Counted from the first letter of the stretch, positions 47,601-58,097 are shown. The stretch is DNA of 64,000 nucleotides from an uncultured bacterium (GCA_937903605.1 CALCZC010000025.1:3275-67274), one strand, 5' to 3'. Notes: generated from the letters alone by a model not told the origin. Program-made: numbers and translations.

Positions 47601-47936
47601 ATGATATTTGCGCAAATAATTTTATTTCTGATTTTTATTTTTTTGTTTTTCAAAACCGGTTTGAAGTGGAAGAAAAAGGAATTGTCTTTTGGTGAAACTT
47701 TTGGTTGGTCTTTAATCTGGTTTTTCGGACTTGTTTTGACTATCAAACCGGACACAGCTTCTTATTTTGCTAAAATATTAGGAATCGGCAGGGGAGTGGA
47801 TCTGGCTATTTATACGGCGCTTATCATTTTGTTTTATCTACATTTTACCCTAATAGTTCGTTTAGAAAAAACAAATCGTGAGATTACTCGTTTGACTAGG
47901 GAAAAAGCTTTGGAGGATAAAGAAAAAAAGGTATGA
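47601..47936 (+). CDS. DUF2304-like small membrane protein
   Basis: LGIGRGVDL motif; typical partner downstream of a GT2 gene. Confidence 0.8.
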   Translation: MIFAQIILFLIFIFLFFKTGLKWKKKELSFGETFGWSLIWFFGLVLTIKPDTASYFAKILGIGRGVDLAIYTALIILFYLHFTLIVRLEKTNREITRLTREKALEDKEKKV

Positions 47937-49048
47937 AGATAGCGCACATAGTTTCTACATTTTATCCGCATCTGGGTGGAATGGGCGAGGTTTGTCTTTT
48001 GGAAAGTGAAAATTTAAAAAAGCAAAAAATTGATGTTGAAGTTTTCACTTTATTTTACAATAATACCAGTTATCAGGACGAAGTTTTTTCGTTTAAGATC
48101 CATCGTTTGAAGCCTGTTTTTAAATTTGGCGATGCCGGATTTTTGTACGGATTGAAAGAAAAACTAAAAGATTTTGATATTGTTCATTTGCATTTTCCCT
48201 TTTATGGTGCGGAAAGGGATATAATAAAAGCCAAAAAAGAGTTTGGTTTTAAACTGGTTCTGACTTATCATATGGATGCTCAGGTTAAGGGTATCAAAAA
48301 AATAATGAAAAATATTTTTGATTTTTTTTATGGTAAAAAATTATTTGATTTGGCAGATAAAGTTATGTATGTGGATGAAGAACGCTGGCACAGCTTCAAG
48401 TTTTATAATGAAATTATAAAATTGAAATCAGTTTATTTACCAAATGCCGTAGATACCGATATCTTCAAAATAAAAAAAGTTGATTTTTCCGAAGTTGGTT
48501 TGGAAAAATATAATCAAAATAAAATCATTTTGTTTGTTGGAAATTTATTACCGGTAAAAAATTTGGAAATATTGATAAAAGCCATGTTAGGAGTAGATAA
48601 AAAGACCGTTTTGTTGATAGTCGGCGGAGGATATAAAGAGCTGAAATACAAAAAAATGGTAAAAGAATTAGGTTTACAAGATAGAGTTGTTTTTTATGGT
48701 CCGGTGAGAAATAAAGAAAAATTGGCAAAAATTTATAATTTATCAACAGTGGTGTGTGTACCGAGTTTTTATGAATCTTTTTCTTTATCAGCAGTAGAAG
48801 CATTGGCTTGTGGCATACCTGTTATTGGTAATAATATACCCGGTATTAGAGGAAGAATTGCTAATGGGGTTGACGGAATTTTAATAACGGAAAATAATCA
48901 GTATGTTTGGCAAGACGCCATCAATAGTGTAGTTGATTATTCACAGGAGCAAAGAGAACTGATTGCAGATAAATCTGTTAAAAAAATAAATTTAAATTAT
49001 AATGTTCAGAAACATCTAGAAAAATTATTGGAAATTTATAATGGTTAA
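47933..49048 (+). CDS. Glycosyltransferase family 4
   Basis: FYPHLGGM, ILFVGNL..VKN, ESFSLSAVEALACG.PV. Confidence 0.9.
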   Translation: MKIAHIVSTFYPHLGGMGEVCLLESENLKKQKIDVEVFTLFYNNTSYQDEVFSFKIHRLKPVFKFGDAGFLYGLKEKLKDFDIVHLHFPFYGAERDIIKAKKEFGFKLVLTYHMDAQVKGIKKIMKNIFDFFYGKKLFDLADKVMYVDEERWHSFKFYNEIIKLKSVYLPNAVDTDIFKIKKVDFSEVGLEKYNQNKIILFVGNLLPVKNLEILIKAMLGVDKKTVLLIVGGGYKELKYKKMVKELGLQDRVVFYGPVRNKEKLAKIYNLSTVVCVPSFYESFSLSAVEALACGIPVIGNNIPGIRGRIANGVDGILITENNQYVWQDAINSVVDYSQEQRELIADKSVKKINLNYNVQKHLEKLLEIYNG

Positions 49049-49874
49049 AATTATGCAATTTGATTACGAAAAAAATTTATGGGGCAAAGAAGAAGCGACT
49101 CTATCGCTTTTTTCCCCGACTTATTTTCGTCTCAAAAAAGCACTTCAAATCTTGAAAAAAACTCAGCCTGGAGAAAATATTTTAGATTTTGGTTGCGGAG
49201 TCGGGCGTTTTATACGTGCATTACGTAATCGTCGCCCGGACTTACATGCATATGGCTGCGATATCAGTGTCTCGGCAATTTCTTTGGCTTCACGTGTCAA
49301 TGATAATGTAAATTATGTAGTCAATAAAGCGGAGGAAAAACTTCCTTATAAGAATGAATTTTTTGCTAACATTTTTATTTTTGACGTTTTGGAACATGTG
49401 GCGGATGTCGGAGATATATTGAAAGAATTAAGCCGGGTACTCAAAAAAGACGGAACATTATTTTTACAAGTTCCTTGCGAAAAAGATTGGTTATCACTTT
49501 GGTTTTGGCTTGATAAAATGGGTTTAAAAAAAGAAATTACCAAAAGATTTGCCGGACACGTTAATTTTTTTTCACGTAAAGAGCTAAAAGATATTTTACA
49601 AGAAGCCGGTTTTGAAATAGATAAAAAATATTATTGTGATCATTGCTTGGGACAAAAAGCGGGGATACTGGCTTTTTATTTGACAGCTGTGCAAGCCAAG
49701 AAAAAGAATTTACCTGTTTATAACAATGAAACTTGCATGAGCGAACTCAAAGAAAGTCGGGGAATGGGATGGTCTTTTTTGGGCAAAGTAGCTAATTTTT
49801 TAATAAATTGCGAAGCTTTGTTGTTGCAAAAAACCCCCTCAGCCAATGTTTTTTACATATTGAAAAAGAAATAA
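49041..49874 (+). CDS. Class I SAM-dependent methyltransferase
   Basis: ILDFGCGVG, DVLEHV, RVLKKDG. Confidence 0.88.
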   Translation: MVKIMQFDYEKNLWGKEEATLSLFSPTYFRLKKALQILKKTQPGENILDFGCGVGRFIRALRNRRPDLHAYGCDISVSAISLASRVNDNVNYVVNKAEEKLPYKNEFFANIFIFDVLEHVADVGDILKELSRVLKKDGTLFLQVPCEKDWLSLWFWLDKMGLKKEITKRFAGHVNFFSRKELKDILQEAGFEIDKKYYCDHCLGQKAGILAFYLTAVQAKKKNLPVYNNETCMSELKESRGMGWSFLGKVANFLINCEALLLQKTPSANVFYILKKK

Positions 49875-49877
49875 GCT

Positions 49878-50522
49878 ATGATCAAAGTTTTACACATTGT
49901 TCCATCAGCTTTCGATTATTTTGAAAAAATAAGAAAAGAAGCTTTTTTATTGGTTGATAGTTTGAACGAACTGGGGTTTGATAATTATGTTTTTACTTTG
50001 CAGTATCAAGCGGTAAACAAAAGATTGGAAAAAAAAGTTCAAGGAGAAACCAGGGGAAAAATGGGTTTTGAAAAAATTTATAACATTGTGGAAATAAAAG
50101 AAAAAATGGATGAAGCCGACATTATCCATTTACACGTACCTTTTTTGGGGATGGGTAAAAAAATATTGGAATATAAAAAAAACAACCCTCAAAAAAAATT
50201 TATTGTCACTTTGCATCCGGGCTTGCCATATGTTGATTTTTTTACTATAATTATTTGGCTGTATAATAGTTGGTATTTAAGCAGGGTTTTTGCAATAGCT
50301 GATTTTGTGGTGGTAGAAAATGAGGATATTTTCAAAAAGGCCGGGGGATTCAATAAACTAAGGGATGGAAAAAAGTTGGTTTTAATAAACGATTTTATTA
50401 ATTTTATCAAGGAGAATAATCCGACAATTACGGAAAAGCTTGGTGAATTGAAAAAAGATGATTCATCAACCTATAGTGCTTTGGCCTATGGTGAACTTTA
50501 CCGTCTTTTGCGCGGAGAATAA
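49878..50522 (+). CDS. GT4-like N-terminal domain-only protein
   Basis: KVLHIVP, ADIIHLHVPF resemble the N-lobe of the GT4 at 47933; no EX7E C-lobe. Confidence 0.6.
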   Translation: MIKVLHIVPSAFDYFEKIRKEAFLLVDSLNELGFDNYVFTLQYQAVNKRLEKKVQGETRGKMGFEKIYNIVEIKEKMDEADIIHLHVPFLGMGKKILEYKKNNPQKKFIVTLHPGLPYVDFFTIIIWLYNSWYLSRVFAIADFVVVENEDIFKKAGGFNKLRDGKKLVLINDFINFIKENNPTITEKLGELKKDDSSTYSALAYGELYRLLRGE

Positions 50523-50548
50523 TCTAATAATTTAATTTATATATTTCT

Positions 50549-51370
50549 ATGGAAAACAAGAAAAATTTTTTTGAAGCACTAACCCCAAAGACCGCGGCGA
50601 TTGTCGGTGTTTTGGCCGGAATCGGTTTGTTAAGCTTTTTGGCTTGTTTAATTTTCATTTTTATTTTTGTTCAAGGTAAAATGGATTTAAACACAAAACC
50701 TTCAAAAAATACTGTTACTACTCAAACTCCAGATATTCAAACTCCGGAAGTGGCAAAAGCTGAAAAGCCGGTGGTTGATTTATTTATTATGTCTTATTGT
50801 CCGTACGGATTACAGATGCAAAAAGCCGTCTTGCCTGTAATGGAATTGTTTAAAGATAAAATTGATTTTAATATTCGTTTTGTCTCATATATCATGCATG
50901 ATAAAATAGAGATAGATGAAAATAATTTGCAATATTGTTTACAAAACGAACAAGATGATAAATTGGTGGAATATTTAAAATGTTTTACTGTTAGCGGAGA
51001 TTCCAAAAGTTGTTTGAAAACAGCCAAAGTTAATGAAAGTAAGCTAAATAGTTGTATTAGTGCTACGGATAAAAAATTCGGTACTACCGCCGCCTATAAT
51101 GATAAAGCATCTTGGCTTTCTGGTCGCTACCCGCTTTATTCGGTTGATCAAGAATTAAATGATTTATACGGAGTGCAAGGTTCGCCAACCATGGTTATTA
51201 ATGGAGCCCAAGCCCAAGTTTCTAGAAGTCCTGAAGCTGTCAAACTCGCTATTTGCGCCGCTTTTAACAATCAACCAAAAGAATGTGAAGAAACCTTGAG
51301 TACTCTTTCTGCTTCACCGAGTTTTGGCGCTGGAACCGGAACTGACACAGCGGTTGAGTGTGGAACATAA
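50549..51370 (+). CDS. Membrane-anchored thioredoxin-fold (DsbA/GILT-like) protein
   Basis: N-terminal TM; LFIMSYCPYG, GVQGSPTMVING. Confidence 0.75.
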   Translation: MENKKNFFEALTPKTAAIVGVLAGIGLLSFLACLIFIFIFVQGKMDLNTKPSKNTVTTQTPDIQTPEVAKAEKPVVDLFIMSYCPYGLQMQKAVLPVMELFKDKIDFNIRFVSYIMHDKIEIDENNLQYCLQNEQDDKLVEYLKCFTVSGDSKSCLKTAKVNESKLNSCISATDKKFGTTAAYNDKASWLSGRYPLYSVDQELNDLYGVQGSPTMVINGAQAQVSRSPEAVKLAICAAFNNQPKECEETLSTLSASPSFGAGTGTDTAVECGT

Positions 51371-51445
51371 AAGCCAGAAAGCAGAAAAGCTGTAAAGCAC
51401 AATTTAATTTTAAATATTAAATTTTAAATATTAAATAAAAATTGT

Positions 51446-51757
51446 ATGGGAAATTTTAAAAAAGGTTTGTTCTTGGGTGGATTGCTCGGTGCGGGATTGA
51501 TGTGGCTCAATGTCACACCCAAAGGCAGAGAAATGCGCGCTAAGCTCATGGCTTATGCCGAACCGATGTATAACGAGCTCAAGGAAAACATCAAGACACT
51601 AGAAGGTCCAACTAAAGAAATGTACGAAGCTCTTGTGGAACGGGCTACCGAAGAATTGGCGGCTAAAAAAGAAATGGCTATGGAGATGAAAATGATGTTG
51701 GTAAAAGAGCTTAAGAAAAGATGGAGTAAGTTGGAGAAAGAATTGAAAAAGAAATAA
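51446..51757 (+). CDS. YtxH-like protein
   Basis: F.KGLFLGGLLGAG...TPKGREMR followed by a helical tail. Confidence 0.75.
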   Translation: MGNFKKGLFLGGLLGAGLMWLNVTPKGREMRAKLMAYAEPMYNELKENIKTLEGPTKEMYEALVERATEELAAKKEMAMEMKMMLVKELKKRWSKLEKELKKK

Positions 51758-51760
51758 AAT

Positions 51761-51789
51761 AAAAAAAGCGGCTAGTCGCCGCTTTTTTT
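51761..51789. terminator. Bidirectional terminator overlapping the recJ stop
   Basis: AAAAAAAGCGGC-TAGTC-GCCGCTTTTTTT between convergent genes. Confidence 0.8.
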
Positions 51790-53553
51790 AATATCTTCTA
51801 TAGTCAATTGTAATTCCCGGTTTCCATTCCACTGGTTCACGCCGATGCGGAAGACCATATCTATTTTATCTCCGGGTTTTAAGACTTCTTTCCAATTGAG
51901 TGGATGTTTATTGCAATCACCTAGTCCAAAGCCGATAGTTTTTTTGATGAGATGTGAATTGTGTTTGACCATCAAGCGAAGATGTTTGCCATCATTGCCA
52001 ACCGGCACGACAGATGAAACAGTTAAATTGCGTGCTAGATATTTTGGCTCTTCGTTGCCCACACCAAACGGTTCAAATTTTTGTAATAAATCATAGAGGT
52101 TCCAATTTACTTCATCCAAATCAACTTCCGCATCAATAGTGATTTGTGGAACGAGTTCTACATTTTTTAATTTAGCTTCCGCATATTTAAAAAATCTTTC
52201 TTTAAATTCAGTCAAAGCTTTTTTATCTTTCAAAGTAAAACCGCAAGCTTGAGGATGTCCGCCGAATTTTTCAAACAAGTCAGCGTTGTCTTGTAGAGAT
52301 TTGATAAGGTTAAATTCGGGAATGCTACGGCCAGAACCGGTGATTTCTTCGTCTGTAATTCCCATGACCAAAGCCGGTTTATAAAATTGTTCACGAACTT
52401 TACCGGACACTAAACCCAAAATTCCGGTCGGCCAGTTTTCTTTAGCAATGATTAGTATGTGTTTATCTTCTTGTTTTTCTTCTTTTACTTGCTTGAGAGC
52501 CTCGTTGACTATTTTTTCTGTGAGCTTTTGACGATCAATATTATTTTTGTTGAGCTGAAGAGCCAGGGTGTCAGCTTCAATTTCATCGGTTGTCGAAAGC
52601 AGGGCAAATGCGCTATTGGCATGATCCATGCGTCCGGCAGCATTGAGGCGGGGGACTATCTGGTAGGAAATATTTTCTGAACTTAATCCTGAAATATTTT
52701 TTAATTTATCATTGTCATCCAAAAGTCCGGCGTATTTGAAAAGTTTTTTCAAGCCAAAATTTTTTGTTTTGTTTAAGACAGTCAAACCATAGCGAGTGAG
52801 AGTACGACTTTCGCCCAAAAGCGGAACCATATCGCCAATACTCGCAATAGCCACCAAGTCAAGCATCCATTTTTCATATGCTTCATGAGTCTGACCGTCA
52901 GGTAAAAGTTCATTGGTTTTTTTATGTTCTTTGAGCAATCCTTGTGCCAATTTAAAAGCCACAGCCGCGCCACAAAGGCCTTTATCAGGATATGGCTCGT
53001 TTGGCATCAAATGATGGATAATAGCGTCAGCCGGAGGAATATTTTCCGGGACTACATGGTGGTCGGTAATAACCACCTGCATGTTATAATTTTTTACCAA
53101 CTCTATTTCTTTGAAATTACTTACTCCGCAATCACAGGTGATAATCAAATCAATTTTTTGTTCTTTAAAATATTCTACGGTATTTTCGTTTAGCCCGTAA
53201 CCATCAATTTCACGGTGAGGGATAAAGACATTGATGTTTTTTCCGCCGAGTTTTTTTAAAGTATTTATGAGAATCGTGGCAGCGCAAACTCCATCTGCAT
53301 CATAATCTCCATGAACAACGATGTTTTTATTTTGCGCGATAGCGTTTAGGATAATTTTGACCGCTTTGGCCATTTGTGAAAATAAAAAAGGATCATGGAT
53401 ATCCATCCCATAATCAGGGTTCAAAAATTCATCAATTAGTTTTTGGTCGCGTAAATTTCTATTCCAAAGCAAAGTACTGACAATGCCGGGAAGCTCCGGA
53501 TGAGAAGATAGAAATTCTGCTGGCGCCGAAGGTAAAACTACCCACTTTTTCAT
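51772..53553 (-). CDS. recJ: ssDNA exonuclease RecJ
   Basis: GDYDADG, DGYGLN, ITCDCG, ITDHH, PRLNAAGR, GSGRS, FGGH, EPFGVGN. Confidence 0.96.
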   Translation of the reverse strand: MKKWVVLPSAPAEFLSSHPELPGIVSTLLWNRNLRDQKLIDEFLNPDYGMDIHDPFLFSQMAKAVKIILNAIAQNKNIVVHGDYDADGVCAATILINTLKKLGGKNINVFIPHREIDGYGLNENTVEYFKEQKIDLIITCDCGVSNFKEIELVKNYNMQVVITDHHVVPENIPPADAIIHHLMPNEPYPDKGLCGAAVAFKLAQGLLKEHKKTNELLPDGQTHEAYEKWMLDLVAIASIGDMVPLLGESRTLTRYGLTVLNKTKNFGLKKLFKYAGLLDDNDKLKNISGLSSENISYQIVPRLNAAGRMDHANSAFALLSTTDEIEADTLALQLNKNNIDRQKLTEKIVNEALKQVKEEKQEDKHILIIAKENWPTGILGLVSGKVREQFYKPALVMGITDEEITGSGRSIPEFNLIKSLQDNADLFEKFGGHPQACGFTLKDKKALTEFKERFFKYAEAKLKNVELVPQITIDAEVDLDEVNWNLYDLLQKFEPFGVGNEEPKYLARNLTVSSVVPVGNDGKHLRLMVKHNSHLIKKTIGFGLGDCNKHPLNWKEVLKPGDKIDMVFRIGVNQWNGNRELQLTIEDIKKSGD

Positions 53554-53560
53554 AATAATT

Positions 53561-53656
53561 TTAATAGAATATTGGCGCAATAGTAAAAAGCAACATGGCC
53601 AAAATTCCCAAGAGGGAAATGATTATCCAAATTGATTTTGCTGTTTTGTGTTTCAT
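53561..53656 (-). CDS. 31-aa single-TM small protein (not in ORF track)
   Basis: MKHKTAKSIWIIISLLGILAMLLFTIAPIFY*; stop 7 nt before the recJ ATG. Confidence 0.65.
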   Translation of the reverse strand: MKHKTAKSIWIIISLLGILAMLLFTIAPIFY

Positions 53657-53769
53657 ATAAATAAAATTACAAGATTTAAAGATTACAAGATTGCAAGATT
53701 TAATTTAAAATTGATAATTTAAAATTAATTAAAAATTGCAAAATTAAAAATTAAAAATTTTTGAAAAGC

Positions 53770-55578
53770 TTATCTTTTTAAAACTTCCAGGTATGTCTCT
53801 GTTGGTATATCCACCTTCCCGTGCGCAACCATACGCTTCTTACCTTTTTTTTGTTTTTGTAAAAGTTTTAATTTTCTGGTGTAATCACCGCCACTCATAG
53901 TTTCAATAACATCTTTACGTAGAGCTGACAGTCTTTCCGAAGCGATCACTTTTCCGCCAACTGCGGCCTGTATTTTTACTTCAAAATGTTGACGGGGTAA
54001 AGATTCTTTGAGAGATTCGGTGATTTTTTTACCTACTTTATAAGCATCTTCTTTCCAAACCAGAGTTGATAAAGATTCTACTGGATCTTCAGCAATAAGA
54101 ATATCCAATTTTATTACTTCTGTCTCTTCATAATCCAAATATTCATAATTCATAGAGGCATATCCGGAAGTAACCGTCTTCAGTTTATCATAAAAATCGG
54201 TGATAAGAGATGCCAGTGGAACTTCATAATGAAGCATGGCTCGTTGGTCAACTCCGGTACTCAAATATTCGGTAGTAATATATCTACCTTTACGTTCTGA
54301 AATTAGACCCATTACATTACCAACGTAATCTTTTGGGGTGATTATATCTAGTTTCATCCAAGGCTCAGAAATAGATTTTAGATGACTGGGGTCAGGCATT
54401 TCTTGAGGAGAATGAATGGTAAGTTCTTGACCGTTATTTTTGATAATTTTATAAGCAACACTTGGAACGGTAATAATAATTTCAATTTCATATTCACGTT
54501 TCAAACGTTCTTGAAAAATATCCAAATGAAGCATTCCTAAGAATCCGCAACGAAAACCAAAACCGAGAGCTTGAGAATGCTCCGGTTCGAAAAACAAAGC
54601 GGAATCGCTAAGCTTTAATTTTTCTATGGCATCACGCAGAGATTGATATTCATCACCTTCTTTAGGAAAAATCCCGGCAAAGACCATAGGCTTAACCTCT
54701 TTGTAACCGGGCAGAGGCGATAGATTTTTGTTTTTTTCAATTATTTCTTTGGTAGTAATAGTATCACCGACTCTACAATCACGAACTTCCTTCAACCCCG
54801 TGACGACATAACCGATTTCACCATTTCCGATTTTTTCATTACTTATAAATTTGGGTGTGTAGTAACCCACGTCCAGAGTATCGGCCGGAGTTTGGGTACC
54901 CATCAAATAAATTTTGTCACCTTTTTTTATTTCTCCATCTACCATCCGAACCGAAGCCACTACTCCTTTGTATTCATTATAAGTAGAATCAAAAATCATG
55001 GCTCGAGGAGGCAGTTCAGAAGTGTCATTTGGTGGCGGTACTTTTTCTATAATTCTTTTTAAAATTTCTTCTACACCGACACCGGTTTTTCCGGAAGCTA
55101 GGATAATATCATTTTCAGCACAGCCTATCAAATGTATTATTTCCGCTTTAGTTTTTTCGATATTAGCCATGGGCATATCTATTTTATTTATCACCGGAAT
55201 AATGGTTAGATTTTGTTCCAATGATAAATAGAGATTGCCAATGGTTTGCGCTTGAACTCCTTGAGTTGCGTCCACCAATAAAATAGCGCCTTCTACTGCG
55301 GCCAATGAACGGGAAACTTCATAAGTGAAATCTACATGTCCCGGAGTATCGATAAGATTGAGAATATAATCTTGATTTTCAAAACGATATTTCATCCTCA
55401 CAGGAGTAAGTTTGATAGTTATTCCGCGTTCGCGTTCAAGTTCCATGGAATCCAGGAGTTGAGCCTTCATCTCTCTTTTTTGTACCGTATGAGTAAATTC
55501 CAAAAAACGATCTGCCAGCGTGCTTTTGCCGTGATCAATATGAGCGATAATACAAAAATTACGAATGTTTTTTTTCAT
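53770..55578 (-). CDS. lepA: Elongation factor 4
   Basis: IRNFCIIAHIDHGKSTLADR, DTPGHVDF, GFRCGFLGMLH, KQKKGKKRM. Confidence 0.98.
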   Translation of the reverse strand: MKKNIRNFCIIAHIDHGKSTLADRFLEFTHTVQKREMKAQLLDSMELERERGITIKLTPVRMKYRFENQDYILNLIDTPGHVDFTYEVSRSLAAVEGAILLVDATQGVQAQTIGNLYLSLEQNLTIIPVINKIDMPMANIEKTKAEIIHLIGCAENDIILASGKTGVGVEEILKRIIEKVPPPNDTSELPPRAMIFDSTYNEYKGVVASVRMVDGEIKKGDKIYLMGTQTPADTLDVGYYTPKFISNEKIGNGEIGYVVTGLKEVRDCRVGDTITTKEIIEKNKNLSPLPGYKEVKPMVFAGIFPKEGDEYQSLRDAIEKLKLSDSALFFEPEHSQALGFGFRCGFLGMLHLDIFQERLKREYEIEIIITVPSVAYKIIKNNGQELTIHSPQEMPDPSHLKSISEPWMKLDIITPKDYVGNVMGLISERKGRYITTEYLSTGVDQRAMLHYEVPLASLITDFYDKLKTVTSGYASMNYEYLDYEETEVIKLDILIAEDPVESLSTLVWKEDAYKVGKKITESLKESLPRQHFEVKIQAAVGGKVIASERLSALRKDVIETMSGGDYTRKLKLLQKQKKGKKRMVAHGKVDIPTETYLEVLKR

Positions 55579-55580
55579 AA

Positions 55581-57212
55581 CTATTCATTGGGTTTGATGA
55601 TTTCTTCATTGGGTAAATTACGGATTTTGAGCCACTGTCTCTTGAGAGTGGAGAAAAGATAGAAAAGTTCCGGTAGTCTTAGAAGATAGCACATAAATAG
55701 GTAAGAAATCAAGCCGATGGTAGAACAAAGAATTGTTTGCAAAAAGACACCGTAAAATTTAGTTTGGTCAAAAATATTTTCGAAAATACCGATGAAATAA
55801 TAAATAATAGTGTAAGTTAAAAAACTGGAGCCGACAATTTTTAATAAAAAGATAAATAACCCGGATAAACCGAATTTTTTTAGTCGTAAACGTAAAAAAA
55901 TAAATAATAATAACATGTTTAGAGTTGCGCCTGTTGAGGCGGCTATTGCCAAACCATAAACACCTAATCTTCTCATGAGGAAAATAGCAACGCCGATAGT
56001 AATGATTTCGGCAAAAATTCCAATCAGAAAAGGTGTTTTGGTATTAGCTAGCGAATAAAAAGTGCGAGCTAAAAGAGGAATGAGACTTTGAGCTAACATA
56101 CCAAGAGAAAAATAGGCCAAAGTTTGTGCGGTCAAGATGGTGGCGTGCCAATCAAAAGAACCGCTACCCAAGATCAAACGAACAATTTGTAGATTTAAAG
56201 TTAAAAATATTATTAAAAGGGGAGTGATCAAAAAAATGATTTGTTTGGCAGTAGCCAGATATTGTTTGGTAAAAGATTCAAGATTATTTTCAGCGGCCAG
56301 TTTTGATAAAACCGGAAAAACTGCCAAGGCAAAGGGTATACCAATAAGTCCTATGGGCACAGCCTGTAAATTGTTGGCCAAAGTATAAACAGCGAGACTA
56401 CCGGAAGGTAAAAAAGAAGCCAAAAAAGTTATGATTAATAAATCGATTTGGGATATTGCCAGCCCGGCAGTACGCGGTAACATCAATTTGCCTATCAATA
56501 AAGTATCCTTGTCTTTAAAATTTAATATTTTTTTAAAGCGAAAACCGGCTTGATAAGCTCCATAAAATTGAATGAGCATGTGAACAAAGGCACCAAATAC
56601 TACACCGAGAGCCAGGCCGGAAATACCGAAAATTTTGGTTAAATAAGCTGCGCCAAAAATAATTCCTAAATTATAAAATAAAGGTGCGACAGAAAAAAGA
56701 AAAAATCTTCTCAAGGATTGTAATATACCGCCAAAAACCATAGATAAACCAAACAACAAAGGCGATAAAAACATTATCCGCATCAATGTGATGGTCAACT
56801 CTTTGTTTTCAGGAGAAAATCCAGGTGCAATAAAGGGAACTAAAAAAGAAGTAAAAATTACTCCGACAAAACCAAGTGCTAGCATCAATAAAGTTATAAT
56901 ACTGATTACATTATTGGCTAATTCCCAGGCTTGATTTTTATCTGTTTCGTTTTGATAAAATAATTTGGTAAAAACAGGTATAAACCCGGCAGAAAGAGCT
57001 CCAACCACCAGCAAATTGTAAATCAGATCAGGGATTTTAAAAGCCGCGTAATAAGCATCTAAAACAGGGCCGGCTCCAAAATAATATGCCAGGACACGAT
57101 CTCGAAATAACCCGATGATACGAGAAAGTAAGGTGGCGCCAGATATTACCAAAGCCGAACCGGCAATGGTCTTAAATTCAGTATTTAAATTAAGAATGGT
57201 TTTTTTAATCAT
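55581..57212 (-). CDS. murJ: Lipid II flippase MurJ (MviN)
   Basis: LSRIIGLFRD...FGAG...DAYYAAFKIPD, GALSAGFIPVF, RTFYSL.NTKTP. Confidence 0.94.
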   Translation of the reverse strand: MIKKTILNLNTEFKTIAGSALVISGATLLSRIIGLFRDRVLAYYFGAGPVLDAYYAAFKIPDLIYNLLVVGALSAGFIPVFTKLFYQNETDKNQAWELANNVISIITLLMLALGFVGVIFTSFLVPFIAPGFSPENKELTITLMRIMFLSPLLFGLSMVFGGILQSLRRFFLFSVAPLFYNLGIIFGAAYLTKIFGISGLALGVVFGAFVHMLIQFYGAYQAGFRFKKILNFKDKDTLLIGKLMLPRTAGLAISQIDLLIITFLASFLPSGSLAVYTLANNLQAVPIGLIGIPFALAVFPVLSKLAAENNLESFTKQYLATAKQIIFLITPLLIIFLTLNLQIVRLILGSGSFDWHATILTAQTLAYFSLGMLAQSLIPLLARTFYSLANTKTPFLIGIFAEIITIGVAIFLMRRLGVYGLAIAASTGATLNMLLLFIFLRLRLKKFGLSGLFIFLLKIVGSSFLTYTIIYYFIGIFENIFDQTKFYGVFLQTILCSTIGLISYLFMCYLLRLPELFYLFSTLKRQWLKIRNLPNEEIIKPNE

Positions 57213-57217
57213 GTTTT

Positions 57218-57889
57218 TTATTTCTCCAAGGACGGCATATTTAGCATCAAAAAGGCGTAAGAAGTTTTATTTTTTTCATCAGTTGTGTTTTCCGTATAGA
57301 TAGTGCCTGTATAACCATCAGAACGGGAAAAATCAATTTTTCTATAATTTGTTCCTTCACCGGTGGCGTCTATGATAAAACCGCTACGCTGTAGTTCGTT
57401 TCGATAATAATTGATAAAAGTATTATAGCCGTTATCTACGTCTTTCCATTCGATTTTAAAATTATCTTTTTTATCCGTAATCGGAGTTATAAGAGTTTGA
57501 AAAAAGGTTTTAAAATTCACTTTTTCTTTTGTTTGGACAGAGGTTTCGTCGTTTCCAGATAAAAATGGAATCATCACTATTTTGGGAAGTAGAGCGGCCA
57601 ATTCTACACGACGACTTTTGTATTTACCGGAAATAAAAGTCATTTTATCTATTTTTTCTTTGTGATAAAGAGGTATTTCATCAAGAGGAAAATTTTGTGG
57701 AATGACAGTAACTGTTTTTGGCCCGATGCCGATATAAAATTTTATACCTATCAATAAGCCTAAAAGTATTAAAAAAATAAAACCACAGCTGAAAAAACAG
57801 GACTTCTTTAGGCCAGAAGATCCTTTGTTAAGCTCGATAATAGGTGGTTCTACGATTTTTACATCTTGAATTAGGTCTTTTCGTCGCAT
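57218..57889 (-). CDS. Single-TM membrane-anchored hypothetical protein
   Basis: 223 aa; TM near the N-terminus; in operon with murJ-lepA. Confidence 0.7.
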   Translation of the reverse strand: MRRKDLIQDVKIVEPPIIELNKGSSGLKKSCFFSCGFIFLILLGLLIGIKFYIGIGPKTVTVIPQNFPLDEIPLYHKEKIDKMTFISGKYKSRRVELAALLPKIVMIPFLSGNDETSVQTKEKVNFKTFFQTLITPITDKKDNFKIEWKDVDNGYNTFINYYRNELQRSGFIIDATGEGTNYRKIDFSRSDGYTGTIYTENTTDEKNKTSYAFLMLNMPSLEK

Positions 57890-58097
57890 ATTTAGCTTTA
57901 AATTGTTATCAACAGTTTACCAAATAATTCAGGTTTTGTATAGTTTTTAAATATGATACAATAAGTTCGTAAAGTTTATAAAGTTTGTAAAGTTAAATAG
58001 GATACGAAATACGAAAATATACGAAATTACGAAATGAAGAATTGAAAATTATAAATTAATTAAAAATTGTAAAATTAAAAATTAAAAATTTTTGGTT

